This document shows, piece after piece, positions 62,893-64,000 of a stretch of 64,000 nucleotides of DNA. Under the pieces are notes generated by a model that searched no databases, was not told the origin of the DNA, and saw nothing but the letters and a program-made list of their open reading frames with translations. The position numbers and the translations under genes are program-made. How positions within the stretch are numbered: position 1 is the first letter of the stretch; the number at the start of each line of letters is the position of its first letter. The stretch is from an uncultured Nitrospiraceae bacterium (GTDB lineage: Bacteria; Nitrospirota; Thermodesulfovibrionia; Thermodesulfovibrionales; UBA6898): positions 480,001 to 544,000 of the forward strand of contig CAWEQH010000008.1 of assembly GCA_963811165.1 (NCBI GenBank). The letters run 5' to 3'.

Positions 62893-63753
62893 ATGCCAAA
62901 GTCGCTTATCGTTTATTTTTCCCAGGGCGGTACAACCGCTGATATTGCAAATGAAATTGCCTCCGGCCTTAAGTCTAAGCAATCGACAGTTGATCTGTGC
63001 AATTTAAAAGATGCCCAGCCGCCGAGCATCACAGGCTATGAATTGTTGGGCATCGGTTCCCCTGTATACTATTTCCGCCCCCCGTCAAACGTTATGGACT
63101 ATATCAATAACTTGCCGGACTTAAAAGGGGTTAAGTTTTTTCTGTTTATGTTACATGGGACAAATCCCTTTGATGCCGGCAGTGCCATGCGGGAGGCACT
63201 GCTTCGGAAGGGAGCTCAGGAAATTGGTTTTTACCAGTGCTATGGAGCTGACTTCTTTCTTGGGTACCTGCAGCGCGGCTATTTATTCTCGCCCAATCAT
63301 CCGACAAAGGATGAGATAGAGCAAAGTCATACCTTTGGTAGGCACATAGTAGATACCTTTGACGGCAGGCAGGCTTATGTACCAACGCCTGAGCGTCCGG
63401 CACCTCTGATCTATCGGTTAGAGCGTTTCTTGACATCACGGTGGTTAATGGAGCAAGTCTATAGCCGTTTATTCAGAGTAAGTCCAAAGAAATGTACATC
63501 TTGCGGACTTTGTATGAAATTATGCCCTACTAAGAACATTCGCGAAAATGAGAAAGGACGGCCGGTATGGGGGCGCAATTGTCTTTTATGCCTGACTTGT
63601 GAAATGAAGTGTCCCGTTGAGGCTATTACCTCTGCAGTCGGTTGGCAGCTCTTTCTTCCTTTTATCATATACAATGTGCGCGCCGCATCTAAGGACTCAT
63701 CCCTTGATTATAAGAGGGTTAAGGTTAGTAAAGGCCGTGTGCACGAATCTTAA
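62893..63753 (+). CDS. Flavodoxin-like plus 4Fe-4S ferredoxin fusion (EFR1-family)
   Basis: IVYFSQGGTT flavodoxin loop; CTSCGLCMKLCP and CLLCLTCEMKCP. Confidence 0.85.
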   Translation: MPKSLIVYFSQGGTTADIANEIASGLKSKQSTVDLCNLKDAQPPSITGYELLGIGSPVYYFRPPSNVMDYINNLPDLKGVKFFLFMLHGTNPFDAGSAMREALLRKGAQEIGFYQCYGADFFLGYLQRGYLFSPNHPTKDEIEQSHTFGRHIVDTFDGRQAYVPTPERPAPLIYRLERFLTSRWLMEQVYSRLFRVSPKKCTSCGLCMKLCPTKNIRENEKGRPVWGRNCLLCLTCEMKCPVEAITSAVGWQLFLPFIIYNVRAASKDSSLDYKRVKVSKGRVHES

Positions 63754-64000
63754 AAACAGCGGCACAGAGGTAGGCTGCCCCGCCGAATAGGCTGACGCCG
63801 GAATGAATAAAATTGTCCGTGGACTTGTGAGGCAATAATCCTTCCTGGAGTCCACACCGATGGGTTTTTGCTTCAGAGGCGAGGTTTCTTCTGGAAAGAA
63901 ATACCTCGATAGGTGTACCTTCTGCTCTGCAAAATCATAAGACAGCTGCTTTCATCAGATTCTCCCTAAAGTTGTTAGGCAAGCAAATCATCCGAAATAT

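Noticed and set aside
63760..64000. Hairpins and a minus-strand SD followed by MKAAVL-stop at the window end
   Set aside because: Too short and possibly truncated by the window edge

Overview
Mostly housekeeping chromosome of an anaerobic Gram-negative bacterium. Gene content and protein style suggest Nitrospirota/Thermodesulfovibrionia or a deltaproteobacterium-like lineage; this is inference, no search was run. In order: envC-like(partial)/ftsX/ftsE; a selenocysteine-containing selD with a SECIS-like hairpin; arsR; ROK kinase-lepA-lepB-ribE-ribBA-ribH-nusB; radC; an MNT/HEPN toxin-antitoxin pair; purB and a large eukaryote-like purL; rnfCDGEAB plus a secreted beta-carbonic anhydrase; a LexA/UmuD-like repressor with a perfect GAAC-N4-GTTC operator, followed by an unannotated 59-aa membrane protein, a REP-associated tyrosine transposase and dinB; mdtABC plus an outer-membrane factor; yciH; a FecR-OmpA-CHASE2 hybrid kinase module; larB, gpsA, glnS, gltX, tilS, rodZ, fabF; a putative ceramide operon (cerR-spt-cerS); cytochrome c biogenesis resB/ccsB; a cupin and two Zn dehydrogenases; an HPF/cold-shock fusion; and a flavodoxin-ferredoxin gene behind a degenerate c-di-GMP-I-like riboswitch. 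Many conserved genes carry single-base frameshifts, most likely long-read consensus errors. Best leads: the SOS cassette with its hidden small membrane protein, the ceramide operon, repeated leaderless promoter architecture, and repeat elements translated inside proteins.
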